From the NCBI GenBank assembly GCA_045568075.1, contig JBJLBP010000001.1, positions 249,232 through 313,231 on the forward strand: a DNA stretch of 64,000 bases. Reading direction: 5' to 3'. Positions 46,808-57,343 of the stretch are shown one piece after another (the stretch's first letter is position 1; every line of letters begins with the position of its first letter). The translations under genes were made by a program, and so were the position numbers. The notes beneath the pieces are model-generated. The model ran no database searches. It was not told where the DNA came from and saw nothing but the letters and a program-made list of their open reading frames with translations. The stretch comes from Candidatus Thalassarchaeaceae archaeon. Its GTDB lineage: Archaea > Thermoplasmatota > Poseidoniia > Poseidoniales > Thalassarchaeaceae.

Positions 46808-47911
46808 TCAATAATGCTCGAATAGAACACGCGAATCGGCATGCGTCACTCGGTGCCCATCATCGGTTACAACACCAACTTTTCGACAGCCGGGCAACCT
46901 CTCAGTAAGCCATTTTTCCACTGATTCAGCAACTTCTGTGGAGACCGCGAGACACATACCCATACCCATGTTGAAAACACGGTGCATCTCGAGTGTTTCG
47001 ACAGGTCCGACCTCGGCCATCCAAGTAAACTCGGGTGGAATTGGCAGCGGGTCTGAGATGTGCCAACCGAGGCTCTCGTGGAGTCTCAGAAGATTCGACA
47101 ATCCACCTCCGGTAATGTGCGCGATGGCCTTCAGATCTTTACTAGCACACGGGCCCGATTCATCTCTACAAGCATCGATCAAATCGATAATCGGATTTAC
47201 ATAGATTCGAGTAGGATTCAGTAAGACTTCACCCAAGGTAGCTCCGGATTCATCCGCACCCTCAATTTCACGTCCGGGGTGAGTCGCATCGAACGGCGCG
47301 GGATCCGTCAATTCCAAACCCGATTTCTCAACAACAGCACGAAGCAGCGTGTAACCATTGGAATGGACTCCACTACTTGGCAAGCCGATGATTACGTCTC
47401 CCGCCGCTAATCCCTCTCCGGTAATTGCTGAGCCAGCAGGAAACCATCCAAGGGCAGTACCCGACAAGTCGAGTTCGGTGACAATTCCAGGAAGTGTCGC
47501 TGTTTCGCCACCGGCCAGTGTGATTCGAGCACGACGGCAGGCTTCGGCAAGAGATGCTCCGATGACTGCGTGAACCTCAGGGTTCGTTTCAGGAACTGCG
47601 ATGTAATCGACGAAGGCGAGTGGTTCTGCACCGACGCACAAGAGGTCATTGACATTCATTGCCACACAATCGATACCGACCCCCTCGTAGCGACTGAGTT
47701 GGTTAGCCAATTGTAACTTCGAACCTACTCCATCGGTCGCTAGAGCCAAGCGTGAATCTCCGAATTCAATAATTCCACCGAAGCCACCGGGTAGAGGAAC
47801 AGGAGCACCTCGAGTTCCGGCTTGTCTTACTGAACCACTGAGTGAACCAATTAGGCTGGCAATAGCAGCACCTTCGGCATCGATGTCGACACCGCTGCTG
47901 GCATAGTCCAT
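46808..47911 (-). CDS. purM: Phosphoribosylformylglycinamidine cyclo-ligase (AIR synthetase) PurM
   Basis: DYASSGVDIDAEGAA, GGFGG, DGVGSKL, HSNGYTLLR are PurM motifs. Confidence 0.85.
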   Translation of the reverse strand: MDYASSGVDIDAEGAAIASLIGSLSGSVRQAGTRGAPVPLPGGFGGIIEFGDSRLALATDGVGSKLQLANQLSRYEGVGIDCVAMNVNDLLCVGAEPLAFVDYIAVPETNPEVHAVIGASLAEACRRARITLAGGETATLPGIVTELDLSGTALGWFPAGSAITGEGLAAGDVIIGLPSSGVHSNGYTLLRAVVEKSGLELTDPAPFDATHPGREIEGADESGATLGEVLLNPTRIYVNPIIDLIDACRDESGPCASKDLKAIAHITGGGLSNLLRLHESLGWHISDPLPIPPEFTWMAEVGPVETLEMHRVFNMGMGMCLAVSTEVAESVEKWLTERLPGCRKVGVVTDDGHRVTHADSRVLFEHY

Positions 47912-48102
47912 CGGGGTGTCTACCACGACTGAAACGCAAGGGCGGGACTTCATGATTCAATCGGCGGGAGGAGGTCGGATTTAGAACGAGATTTGTTTTC
48001 TTTCAAATGCTGAAAATCAATCGCATTATTCGGATTACGTTCGATGTGGTAAACTCAATATTTTTTGGTAGTTTCAGTTTAACCGAATTACAACTAAATA
48101 AT

Positions 48103-48115
48103 TCCGAAATTCGGA
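48103..48115. promoter_or_regulatory. Perfect palindrome TCCGAA-A-TTCGGA plus upstream half-site CCGAAT in the AT-rich region upstream of the liv-like operon; TATA-like TTTAAAAA at ~48124
   Basis: Seen directly in sequence. Plausible Lrp/other TF site; untested. Confidence 0.3.
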
Positions 48116-48274
48116 GTTGTTTGTTTTAAAAATCCCCTTAATGTGTAATAAACACCCGCAGTACCCCACTTTTTGGTATCGAAGACTTCCTGTTCCCAAA
48201 CCCCTGAAAACGGTGTGTTTAGAATCAAAATAGCGAACTTCTATAACAAATACGGAATGTGGTAGGCTGCACTA

Positions 48275-51200
48275 ATGAGCGTGAGATACACCATGTTAGA
48301 CAAGAAAATGATTGCAATGCTGATGACTCTCAGTATGCTTGCGGCTGCGTTCGCAGGCTGTCTGGGTGGGGAAGATGAGGACGATGACTGGACTCTGATG
48401 CCAGCTGACGATGTGTCGGCTGACTTCGTGACTTCAGACTGGGACCCAATCATCCCCAATTTGAACGACGGCGAGATGTGCGATGCCATTATCTCGGCGA
48501 TGACGAAGACGGAGGAGCGCGACCAAGTCGTCGACTTCACTCGTGGTTACTACACAAGTAGCCAGGGTGTAATCGGTGCGGCTGGATCCGCAGCTATCTC
48601 GGACGTCTCGGACCTGAATGCGGCTGGTACAACCGTCGCTGTTCAATCCGGAACGACCTCTGACCTCTATGCCCAAGACAATCTTGCGGCCGCGACAATT
48701 GTTGCGTACGGAGATTTCCCCTCGGTCATAGCGGCAGTCGGAAACGGTGAGGCGGACTACGCCATGGGTGATTCACCTGTGCTCGCGCTGTCTGGCGACC
48801 TGATGACGACTTTCTCAGATGAGACCTTCGGACTCGCAGTCCGTGAGGACTCGGGCGAATTGCTCGATGCCCTCAATGTCGCAATCACTGCGATTGTTGA
48901 CTCTGGCGAGTACGATGCCATCTTTGGCGCTTGGTTCGACGGAGCTGTCGTCCTCACGGATGACCGCAATGACGACACCGCGACCTCGTACCCAACCCCA
49001 AGTGAGGGTTCAACCCTCTCTGCGGTTCTCGAGTCCGGTTCGCTCATGTTGTGCTCTGACACTGCTTACCCGCCGTTCGAGAGCCTCGATGAGGACGGTA
49101 ACGCTGTTGGATTCGACGTTGACGTCGCAAACGCGCTTGTCGATGAGATCGCTGCTCACTACATGGGTAACGATAACCCAGTATTCGTAGCTCCAGTATC
49201 AGAATCAATGAAGATTGGTATGCTAAACCCAATGACTGGTCCAATCGCAGTCTATGCACCTCCGTTCACGGTGTCTGCACAGATGGCAATTGACGACCTC
49301 AATGCAATGGGCGGAAACTTCGAGCTTGTAGAGGCTGACTCGGGCTGTGACGGTACTGTCGCAGCAACAGCAGCACAGGCTCTTGTCGACGCTGGTGTTG
49401 TAGGTGTCGCTGGTGCAGCATGTTCCGGTGCTTCAATGGGTGCTAACGCAGTACTCAGTGCAGCAGGAGTTGTACAGGTGTCATACGCAAGTACTAACCC
49501 TGGTCTTTCTGACTCTGCTGCTTACCCACACTTCTACCGTGTGGTTCCAAGCGATGCAATTCAGGGACCCGCCATGTCTGACATGGTGGGCGCTACTGGC
49601 GCGGCCAACCCGGCTCTGCTGCACATGACCAACGACTACGGTTCTGGTCTAGCAGACGCCTTCGCGGACGCTTGGGGTGGGGAGGAATTCCTTTGCACCA
49701 AGATCGGATACGCGGATGACCAAACAGACTTCGCAGCAGAAGTACAGGCCATCGCCGACGCTGGTTGCGACTCGGTGGTCATGGTGACTTACTCTGCAGA
49801 TGGTGCTGCTATCCTTGAGACAATGGCCTACCTCGGCCTAGCTCTGCCAACTTTCGGCGCTGACGGAATTGCAGACGGAGCCTTCTTGGAAGACTTTTCA
49901 GCCCCTGCTGCTGCTAACGGTGTCCAAGCTACTAAGCCTCGAGCAGGCTCTAGTGCTGGAGACTTCGTAGAGCGCTGTGCTGCAGATGCAGACTGTGCTG
50001 GTGGTATCTACACTGCTGAGACATACGACGCAGTAATGATGATTGGAAAGGCCGCTATGATGGAAGACGGCGCTAACATGCCCACACACATGGGAATGGT
50101 CGGCACTGACTACCAAGGAGCATCAGGAGTACACACTTTCGATGCTGCAGGCGACGTCGCAGGTGCAGGTTACGATATTTGCAGCTTCGATGCGCTATCA
50201 AGCACAGATGTCTTCTTCAGCTGCCGAGCTTACTGGACCCGTGACGGTGGAGTCGCTGCAAGCGAGTTCACTGGCGCGACCGTCAAGGTTGGTTTCCTTA
50301 ACCCAATGACAGGTCCAATTGCTGTCTACGCACCGGGCTTCGGAGTTGCGGCAAACGTCGCTCTTGGAATGATGAACATCGCAGGCTGGGGATCCGGCCT
50401 ACAGTTCGAAATGGTCATGGCCGATTCAGGCTGTGATGGAACTGCAGCAGCTGCTGCAGCCCAGACTCTAGTAGATGCTGGAGTTATTGGTGTAGTTGGA
50501 GCAGCATGTTCTGGTGCTACAATGGCCGCTAACGCTGTTCTCAGCGCAGCCGGAATCCCAATGATCTCGTACGCAAGTACTAACCCAGGTCTAAGTGATG
50601 CAACAGCATATCCACACTTCTTCCGTGTGGTTCCAAGCGATGCGATTCAGGGCCCTGCTCTAGCTGATGTAGTCACTGCAGGTGGCTCCAGCAACATCGC
50701 ACTTCTGCACATGACCAACGACTACGGTTCAGGTCTTGCAGATTCGTTCGACGCTGCTTGGACGGATGCAGGTAACACACTCTGCACCAAGATAGGCTAT
50801 GCTGACACCGATACCGACTTTACCTCTCAGGTTCAGTCAGTTGTCGATGGTGGCTGTGACAGTGTAATGTTGATTTCGTACGCTGCAGATGGTGCTGCAA
50901 TCGTTGAGGAGTTATCTGCTCAAGGATTCGCTGGTGCAATCTACGGTGGAGATGGAGTTGCTGAAGAGGGACTTTGTGCCTCTATGGCAGACAACTCAAT
51001 CTGTGACGGAATAGTTGCTACCAAGCCAGCATCTGCTACACCTAACGAGCGCTCGATGGCTTTCGCCGCAATTTGTGGCGATATTCCAGACTGTGCTGGT
51101 GGTATCTACACCGCTGAGGCATTCGATGCTATGATCATCATGGGATACGCGTACTTCGCAGGCGCATCTGCACCTGCTGGTACCTCAATGACCCAGTTGA

Positions 51201-51373
51201 TTGCAGCAACAGGCCAAGGCTTCGTTGGTGCTAGTGGTGTCCACAGCTTCGATGCTGCTGGAGATGTAGCCGGTAACGGATACTGCGTCGGTACGTTCAA
51301 CGTCGACGCGGGCGCTGTGTCGTTCGACTGCGACCGATTCTGGTCGCGCGACGCCGGCGTGCAAAACGCGTGA
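48275..51373 (+). CDS. Fused multi-domain ABC-transporter substrate-binding lipoprotein: N-terminal type-2 PBP-like domain + two tandem LivJ/LivK-like (type-1 PBP) domains
   Basis: Lipobox LAAAFAGC. Two paralogous blocks (MKIGMLNPMTGPIAVYAPPF...ADSGCDG...GAACSGASM...YASTNPGLSD...YPHFYRVVPSDAIQGPA, then VKVGFLNPMTGPIAVYAPGF...ADSGCDG...GAACSGATM...YASTNPGLSD...YPHFFRVVPSDAIQGPA). Confidence 0.8.
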   Translation: MSVRYTMLDKKMIAMLMTLSMLAAAFAGCLGGEDEDDDWTLMPADDVSADFVTSDWDPIIPNLNDGEMCDAIISAMTKTEERDQVVDFTRGYYTSSQGVIGAAGSAAISDVSDLNAAGTTVAVQSGTTSDLYAQDNLAAATIVAYGDFPSVIAAVGNGEADYAMGDSPVLALSGDLMTTFSDETFGLAVREDSGELLDALNVAITAIVDSGEYDAIFGAWFDGAVVLTDDRNDDTATSYPTPSEGSTLSAVLESGSLMLCSDTAYPPFESLDEDGNAVGFDVDVANALVDEIAAHYMGNDNPVFVAPVSESMKIGMLNPMTGPIAVYAPPFTVSAQMAIDDLNAMGGNFELVEADSGCDGTVAATAAQALVDAGVVGVAGAACSGASMGANAVLSAAGVVQVSYASTNPGLSDSAAYPHFYRVVPSDAIQGPAMSDMVGATGAANPALLHMTNDYGSGLADAFADAWGGEEFLCTKIGYADDQTDFAAEVQAIADAGCDSVVMVTYSADGAAILETMAYLGLALPTFGADGIADGAFLEDFSAPAAANGVQATKPRAGSSAGDFVERCAADADCAGGIYTAETYDAVMMIGKAAMMEDGANMPTHMGMVGTDYQGASGVHTFDAAGDVAGAGYDICSFDALSSTDVFFSCRAYWTRDGGVAASEFTGATVKVGFLNPMTGPIAVYAPGFGVAANVALGMMNIAGWGSGLQFEMVMADSGCDGTAAAAAAQTLVDAGVIGVVGAACSGATMAANAVLSAAGIPMISYASTNPGLSDATAYPHFFRVVPSDAIQGPALADVVTAGGSSNIALLHMTNDYGSGLADSFDAAWTDAGNTLCTKIGYADTDTDFTSQVQSVVDGGCDSVMLISYAADGAAIVEELSAQGFAGAIYGGDGVAEEGLCASMADNSICDGIVATKPASATPNERSMAFAAICGDIPDCAGGIYTAEAFDAMIIMGYAYFAGASAPAGTSMTQLIAATGQGFVGASGVHSFDAAGDVAGNGYCVGTFNVDAGAVSFDCDRFWSRDAGVQNA

Positions 51374-51491
51374 ACTCGTAGAGAACACGCACTGGGAACG
51401 TAAAGCTCCCCAGCGGGAAATACCCGCTGGGGGGCCCCCCTAACCCCCTTTTTGAAACTGCAGAGTTGAAACTGAATTCTAATTCCCAACG

Positions 51492-54400
51492 GTGTGCCAG
51501 ATGATGGAATCTGCCAGATCCGCTTGGAATTCCCTCCCTCGTGGCCAGCGACGCCTGATCATCTCACTGGCAATAATGGTCGATGCCTGGGTCGGTCTTC
51601 GCTACGGTTTCGGCTCGCTTAATCTCCTTGACAAGATTCTGAGTGGCGGTATTCCGAATGACATGGTTTGGCTCCTTCAGATTGTCATCGCAATTTCGGG
51701 CGGATTTATGCTCATCAAGATCCTCTTCGACGATGTCCCCGAACATCCCATCCGCTCGATAGGAATCGCTTGTTCACCTCTCTTTCTTCTCTTCATAGTC
51801 TACTTGACTCTAGATATCCTGTTCAAAGGAATGTCTGATGATGCAATCATCACTCTCGATTTGATTTCTATCAGTGTCGGCACACTGACATGGTCAACGA
51901 CTTATCTGGCGATAGCAGTCGGCCTGACGTTGACATACAAGGTCCAGCGATACGGAAATTTCGCACAATCTGAATTCTTCATGATTGGGATGTATCTGTC
52001 CATGGTTATGGTCTGGGTTGACCAATTCTACCCATTAGCCTCAGCACCACGTGATGGCGTTCTGGTCTGGTCATTGCTGCTATGGACTATCATCGGTGCC
52101 TTCGTTCTCACAGGAATCGCTGGAATCGTCATCGACCGTTTGGTCTACCGTGGTTTCCGCCAGAAAAACGCCTCACCTCAAGTGATGATGATTGCCTCAC
52201 TCGGTATCGCTCTAATCCTTCGCGCCTTGGTCTACTTACGATTCGGCGCGGGAAAGAAAATGTTCGAACCAGACGCTGATTGGCGAGTCCCGTCCCTTCG
52301 TTGGGACATTCCCACTACCAAGTTGCGATTTTACCTTGGAGATCGCAGCATCGATGAGGGTTCTACGTACACTCTGAATTCCTGCGATGCTGAGGGCGGA
52401 GAACGAATAGTCGTCGAAGGTAGCAAACCGCTCTTTGAGACATATGATTTGGCGACCAATTGTGTCGATCAAGCGACGACCGGCTATGCTTACTACAAGG
52501 GAGCAATGCCGGCCGTGATTTTCATCTCGGTGATTCTACTTCTGATTCTCCTGAACAAGACAAGGCTCGGTCGCCGCATGCGTGCTGTGGCCGACAACCC
52601 CGACCTAGCCGCCTCTAGCGGCATTAACGTCGAGAACGTGCAGATGACTAGCGCTTTCCTTTCGGCTGGCCTCTCGGGTATGGGTGGAGCTATCTTTGCG
52701 ATGACGCTGCGCTTCACACCAGAGACCGCTTTCAGTCTACTTCTCCCCTCATTCGCCGTCATTGTCCTCGGTACGATAGGATCGATTCCTGGTGCTATCA
52801 TTGGCTCGCTCATCGTCGGTTTCGTCCGAGCCCTCTCATCTCCTGTCCTAATTGGAATAGGACAACCCCTTGGGCGTTCAAATTACACAGCTCTCGACGG
52901 TGTCATGCCCTACATCTTCCTCATCGCCATTCTGATGATTATGCCCGAGGGAATTGGCGATGCCTATGAGAAATGGAAGGTCAACCGACTTCGCAAACGC
53001 GCGGAACAGGTTTCGGCGCCTAGCAAGAAGACCGGCGCGGTCTTGGCCTTCCTTCCAACTGGAATGTTCGGATTGCATAATATGCAGCAGCGCAAGGAGT
53101 CTCGCGGGCAATCGATGATGATTGCAAGCGTAGGGGCCTATGTCTTCCATCGAATCTCAAATTTCATTGGGGCTAATTCCTTCTCTGAAGGTGCTTGCTC
53201 TCAAACCTGCCAGGATAACGAAGGTGTCTCCTCTAACCTCGAATTAGTCACAGGTAGAAGTGATGGAACTCTTGTTATCACCGACTCCCCATTTACAGAG
53301 GCTAATATTGACTCACCACCGAGCGATGTTGCACCTTATCTGCATGAGAGTTGGGCTGCAGAGCATCTCCAATCCATGAATGAGAAATGGTATGATCTGA
53401 TGTCCGGAGAAATGATGCTTCTCGATATCATTTCAACGCTCGGCGATATCATTTGGCCAGCTCTGCCTCTACTCGTATGGCTTGTCGCAATTGTCGAAGG
53501 CGTTTACTTGCTACAAGGCCGCGATGACGACCCTCTCCGCCCAATCATCTCGAAGTTCGAAGACGCTACTTCATCCACAGGCACCGGCTTCTCGGGACTC
53601 ACGATTTCAATGAAGCAATTAGGGACTCACCTTGATTCAATTCCGAAGAAAGTTGGCCCCATAATCGACTCCCTGACTGATAATTTACGTCGCCCCTTCT
53701 CGCGTGGAGAAGTCGATAGAAGTGGAGGAGATCACTTGGCTATTTATGGGCGCGAGAGTCCGAAGGGTTCGTGGATAATGTTCGGTGTTTTTATGTTCAT
53801 TCTTCTCCTATTCTTGGCTTGGCTTCCGGTTGCTGAGCAAGATGGAATGCGCTTCATCAAGGTGCTTCAGGTATCGAATGTACTTGTCACACTCTCAATA
53901 TTTGCCTTGATGGCTTTCTCTCTTAACTTACACACGGGTGTGACAGGAATGGTCAATTTCGGTGTGATTTTCTTTGTAGGAATTGGGTCGATTGTCGTCG
54001 GTATCCTCAGTGCTCCATCGGAACTCCATGGATACGACTGGCCGGTTATTCCCGCGACGATTGTAGCGATTTTGGTAGCGGCGCTGGCGGGATGGATGCT
54101 AGCTTATCCGACAGCCCGTCTTCGAATGGATTACTTCGCAATCGTTACGATTTCGCTTGGCGAGATTGTCAGGGTTCTGCTAGCCGGAGAACCCCTACTT
54201 CGGGCTGGATCGTGGGGTTCCTCAATCGGAATCTCACGCTACACTCTACCTGGTGAATCATGGTGGTTCTGCGGCTCGGATGTGCCGAATAAGGCACCTC
54301 TTGCTGGCCTTGATGCGACACTTGGCACTGCTGATGATATCATTCAGAGGATGGAACCGTCAGATTGCCGCGAAGCGGTCGATTTGTCGAGTCCCGCGGT

Positions 54401-55217
54401 ATCTATTGGTGACTTGATGAATCTCGGTGAGCCGGCGCCTTACATGCTGCTACTCGCAGTCATTGGCATCCTCAGTACCATCTTCGTCTGGTGGTTGCTT
54501 GACACTATACTCGCCTCTCCATGGGGTCGCATTCTGCGCGCTATCCGTGAGGATGAAGAGGTCGCGCAGCACCATGGTCACGACGTTCTCACGCACAAGG
54601 CGGCGAGCCTAGCGCTTGGCGCGGCAATTGCTGGCTTTGCCGGTGCGCTTTGGGCTTGGAAGCTGACAGGATTCCAGCCCAATCACATGATGCCAGCCAG
54701 GTCGACATTCCTCGTCTGGGCAGCATTCATCGTTGGTGGCGCTGCCAATAATCGAGGCATGGTTGTCGGTGCTTTCATCATCGTCTTGATGGAATTCGTC
54801 TTCAACGTCCTCGTCGCTGGCCAAGGATCTTCAGACCTGCCATTGCACACTACGGCGGGACATATCGATAGTCTGTTTGAATGGCTAGTAGTTGACTCGT
54901 GGGAGGTAGTCAACATCTTCCTCGTGCTCGCTCTGCTAGGTTGGCTCACGAATAGAGCCGGACTACGCGAAGTCGGTTTTGCCGGCGCAGTCACATTTAC
55001 TTTCACTGGCTTGATGATGGGTCAGCGATCCATCGATGAAACATTCTCCGGCGGATTACAAGCCGATATGGCCTATGTCAAGGTCCTTCTCATTGGCTTC
55101 CTAATCCTCTTCTCTCTCAAGTTCAACCCGAAGGGTCTGTTGCCAGAGGTTCCGAGCCGCCCGGATCGCCCACAAGCGGCAGAAGCGGGCGGCGAAGGAG
55201 GTGATTCAAGTGAGTGA
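51492..55217 (+). CDS. Fused LivH-LivM-type branched-chain amino acid ABC permease (1241 aa) with large extracytoplasmic/loop insertions
   Basis: N-terminal half LivH-like (ADNPDLAASSGINV...), C-terminal half LivM-like. Many TM segments. Extra non-TM inserts at ~52250-52470 and ~53150-53760. Confidence 0.75.
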   Translation: MCQMMESARSAWNSLPRGQRRLIISLAIMVDAWVGLRYGFGSLNLLDKILSGGIPNDMVWLLQIVIAISGGFMLIKILFDDVPEHPIRSIGIACSPLFLLFIVYLTLDILFKGMSDDAIITLDLISISVGTLTWSTTYLAIAVGLTLTYKVQRYGNFAQSEFFMIGMYLSMVMVWVDQFYPLASAPRDGVLVWSLLLWTIIGAFVLTGIAGIVIDRLVYRGFRQKNASPQVMMIASLGIALILRALVYLRFGAGKKMFEPDADWRVPSLRWDIPTTKLRFYLGDRSIDEGSTYTLNSCDAEGGERIVVEGSKPLFETYDLATNCVDQATTGYAYYKGAMPAVIFISVILLLILLNKTRLGRRMRAVADNPDLAASSGINVENVQMTSAFLSAGLSGMGGAIFAMTLRFTPETAFSLLLPSFAVIVLGTIGSIPGAIIGSLIVGFVRALSSPVLIGIGQPLGRSNYTALDGVMPYIFLIAILMIMPEGIGDAYEKWKVNRLRKRAEQVSAPSKKTGAVLAFLPTGMFGLHNMQQRKESRGQSMMIASVGAYVFHRISNFIGANSFSEGACSQTCQDNEGVSSNLELVTGRSDGTLVITDSPFTEANIDSPPSDVAPYLHESWAAEHLQSMNEKWYDLMSGEMMLLDIISTLGDIIWPALPLLVWLVAIVEGVYLLQGRDDDPLRPIISKFEDATSSTGTGFSGLTISMKQLGTHLDSIPKKVGPIIDSLTDNLRRPFSRGEVDRSGGDHLAIYGRESPKGSWIMFGVFMFILLLFLAWLPVAEQDGMRFIKVLQVSNVLVTLSIFALMAFSLNLHTGVTGMVNFGVIFFVGIGSIVVGILSAPSELHGYDWPVIPATIVAILVAALAGWMLAYPTARLRMDYFAIVTISLGEIVRVLLAGEPLLRAGSWGSSIGISRYTLPGESWWFCGSDVPNKAPLAGLDATLGTADDIIQRMEPSDCREAVDLSSPAVSIGDLMNLGEPAPYMLLLAVIGILSTIFVWWLLDTILASPWGRILRAIREDEEVAQHHGHDVLTHKAASLALGAAIAGFAGALWAWKLTGFQPNHMMPARSTFLVWAAFIVGGAANNRGMVVGAFIIVLMEFVFNVLVAGQGSSDLPLHTTAGHIDSLFEWLVVDSWEVVNIFLVLALLGWLTNRAGLREVGFAGAVTFTFTGLMMGQRSIDETFSGGLQADMAYVKVLLIGFLILFSLKFNPKGLLPEVPSRPDRPQAAEAGGEGGDSSE

Positions 55218-56010
55218 ACCAGTGCTCAAAGTCGAGAATCTAAGAAAGGAATTCGGCGGACTCGTCGCTGTCAAGGATGTCTCGTTTGAGGTCGGACCGG
55301 GTGAGTTCGTTGGATTGATTGGGCCAAATGGATGTGGTAAATCGACGACATTCAATTGCATCAGTGGGCTGCTTCAGCAGACTTCTGGCAAGGTTGCTGT
55401 CTTCGGCGAGGACGCCTCGGAGATGCGCCCTGACGAAATCCAGAACTTGGGCTTCACTCGCACGTTCCAACATACACGTTTGTGGCGGCAAATGACAGTG
55501 ATTGAGAATCTGTTAGTGCCACCACGTCAGCAATTCCAACCGCAACCTCTCAAAGCGATTCTTTGGCCATTCACGCGACCCGCTGAGGAGGCTCGTTTGG
55601 CTCGCGCCTACGAGGTTCTCGACCAGCTTGAGGTTCCTCATATGGCTCATAACCTCGCGAGCGAGCTTTCTGGCGGCCAGTCGAAACTCGTTGATATCGG
55701 CCGCTCGATGATGGGCGACCCGCAGCTCTTACTGCTTGACGAACCGGTTGCTGGGGTCGCCGGCCCTCTCGCTCTCAAGATTTTCAATAATCTGCGAAAG
55801 ATTGTCGATGAGACTGGAATTTCAGTCCTGATTATCGAACACAATATGGATTTCATCCTACGTCAAGGAGTCGACCGAATCGTCGTCATGAAAGAGGGGG
55901 AAATTCTCATGGTCGGCACTCCGGACGAGGTTCGAAGCAATCGTGCGGTTATCGAAGCGTATCTCGGAGCGGTAGGCGATGAATCGGAAGAAGGAGGTGA
56001 AGAAGAATGA
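55201..56010 (+). CDS. livG: Branched-chain amino acid ABC transporter ATP-binding protein LivG-like
   Basis: Walker A GPNGCGKST, signature LSGGQSKLVDIGRS, Walker B LLLLDEP. Confidence 0.9.
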   Translation: MIQVSEPVLKVENLRKEFGGLVAVKDVSFEVGPGEFVGLIGPNGCGKSTTFNCISGLLQQTSGKVAVFGEDASEMRPDEIQNLGFTRTFQHTRLWRQMTVIENLLVPPRQQFQPQPLKAILWPFTRPAEEARLARAYEVLDQLEVPHMAHNLASELSGGQSKLVDIGRSMMGDPQLLLLDEPVAGVAGPLALKIFNNLRKIVDETGISVLIIEHNMDFILRQGVDRIVVMKEGEILMVGTPDEVRSNRAVIEAYLGAVGDESEEGGEEE

Positions 56011-56723
56011 GCGAACGCATTCTCGAGGTCAAGGGCCTCAACGGTGGATACGGCTCTGTGCAGATTCTCTACGATATCGACCTCTACGTCGACAAGGGTG
56101 AATTCGTAACTATCATCGGTCCCAACGGCTGTGGTAAATCGACTCTCATCAAGACGATTTTCGGCATCGCAACGCATTACTCAGGCTCTGTGGTCCACAA
56201 CGGCGACGAGGTTTCTGGATGGCGAACTGACCAATTGGTCAATCGCGGAATTGCCTACGTCCCTCAAGTCAACAACGTCTTCCCTTCACTGACTGTGCAC
56301 GAAAATTTGCAGATGGGTGGCAATAAATTGCCTACCAAGTTGCTGAATGAAAGAATCGAGCGCGCACTGAATATGTTCCCTGATTTGCGCGATCGTACTC
56401 ACGATCTTGCAGCTTCTCTTTCGGGTGGTGAGCGCCAGATGTTAGCTATTTCTCGGGCGCTCATATCCAACCCGACCTTCTTGTTACTGGATGAGCCTAC
56501 TGCTGCTCTTTCTCCGCTTTATCAGCAGCAGATTATCGAGCGCATCGATTCGCTGCGCTCGGAGGGAATTACTGTGCTGATAGTGGAGCAGAACGCACGG
56601 TTGAGTTTGGCTCGCTCAGATCGAGGTTACATCTTGGCGAGCGGAAAGGTAGTCCACACCAGCGATGCTCAGCACATTCTGACCGACCCTGAAATCGGCG
56701 AGTATTTCCTCGGATCTCATTGA
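56007..56723 (+). CDS. livF: Branched-chain amino acid ABC transporter ATP-binding protein LivF-like
   Basis: Walker A GPNGCGKST, LSGGERQMLAISRAL, LLLDEP. Confidence 0.9.
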   Translation: MSERILEVKGLNGGYGSVQILYDIDLYVDKGEFVTIIGPNGCGKSTLIKTIFGIATHYSGSVVHNGDEVSGWRTDQLVNRGIAYVPQVNNVFPSLTVHENLQMGGNKLPTKLLNERIERALNMFPDLRDRTHDLAASLSGGERQMLAISRALISNPTFLLLDEPTAALSPLYQQQIIERIDSLRSEGITVLIVEQNARLSLARSDRGYILASGKVVHTSDAQHILTDPEIGEYFLGSH

Positions 56724-56727
56724 TTGC

Positions 56728-57339
56728 TTAGAGAGCCAGAACTCTCTGCACTGCTAGAGGGATGAAATGCATAGATTCTGCTAACCTATGTCCATCTTCG
56801 ACTTCAATTAGTTCGACGGTCGGATTCGAGTCCGAGACTTTTCGTGAAGATTCGATAGGCACGATATCGTCTTGTGTGCCATGAATGATTACTGCAGGGT
56901 GATGCAGGTTCGGCCACGACATTTCATCGGCGCTGGTGATGAAATCCCAGCCGAACTTGACCTCGTGGCCGAAGCCATGGTGGAAGTAAGCGTGTGAATC
57001 ACTCTCTTCCCATTCGCGCAGGCCGGCCTCGCCGGCTCGAGCACGAAAGTTCTCGGCGAGGCCGAAGGCGGGAGCCATCAAGACTAGTCGAAGGGGGCGA
57101 TCACGAAATCTCGCCGCAGCATTTGCGATTGCAAGCCCGCCGTATGATGACCCCATGATGACATCGAGATCGTCATTCTCCTCAATTGCCCGAACGACGA
57201 CCTCAGTCTGCTCAGCGATGGTCCAACCATTCTCGCTCATCGCTGGAGAAACAACATCCCAGCCGAGATTCTCAATCATCCAGGTCGGCTTCGACCCTTC
57301 GGCAGAACTCTCCAAGCCATGAGCCCAGAGAATCTTCAC
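56728..57339 (-). CDS. Alpha/beta hydrolase (YqiA/esterase-like)
   Basis: GSSYGG nucleophile elbow and HGTQDDIVP. 203 aa. Confidence 0.55.
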   Translation of the reverse strand: MKILWAHGLESSAEGSKPTWMIENLGWDVVSPAMSENGWTIAEQTEVVVRAIEENDDLDVIMGSSYGGLAIANAAARFRDRPLRLVLMAPAFGLAENFRARAGEAGLREWEESDSHAYFHHGFGHEVKFGWDFITSADEMSWPNLHHPAVIIHGTQDDIVPIESSRKVSDSNPTVELIEVEDGHRLAESMHFIPLAVQRVLAL

Positions 57340-57343
57340 CGAA

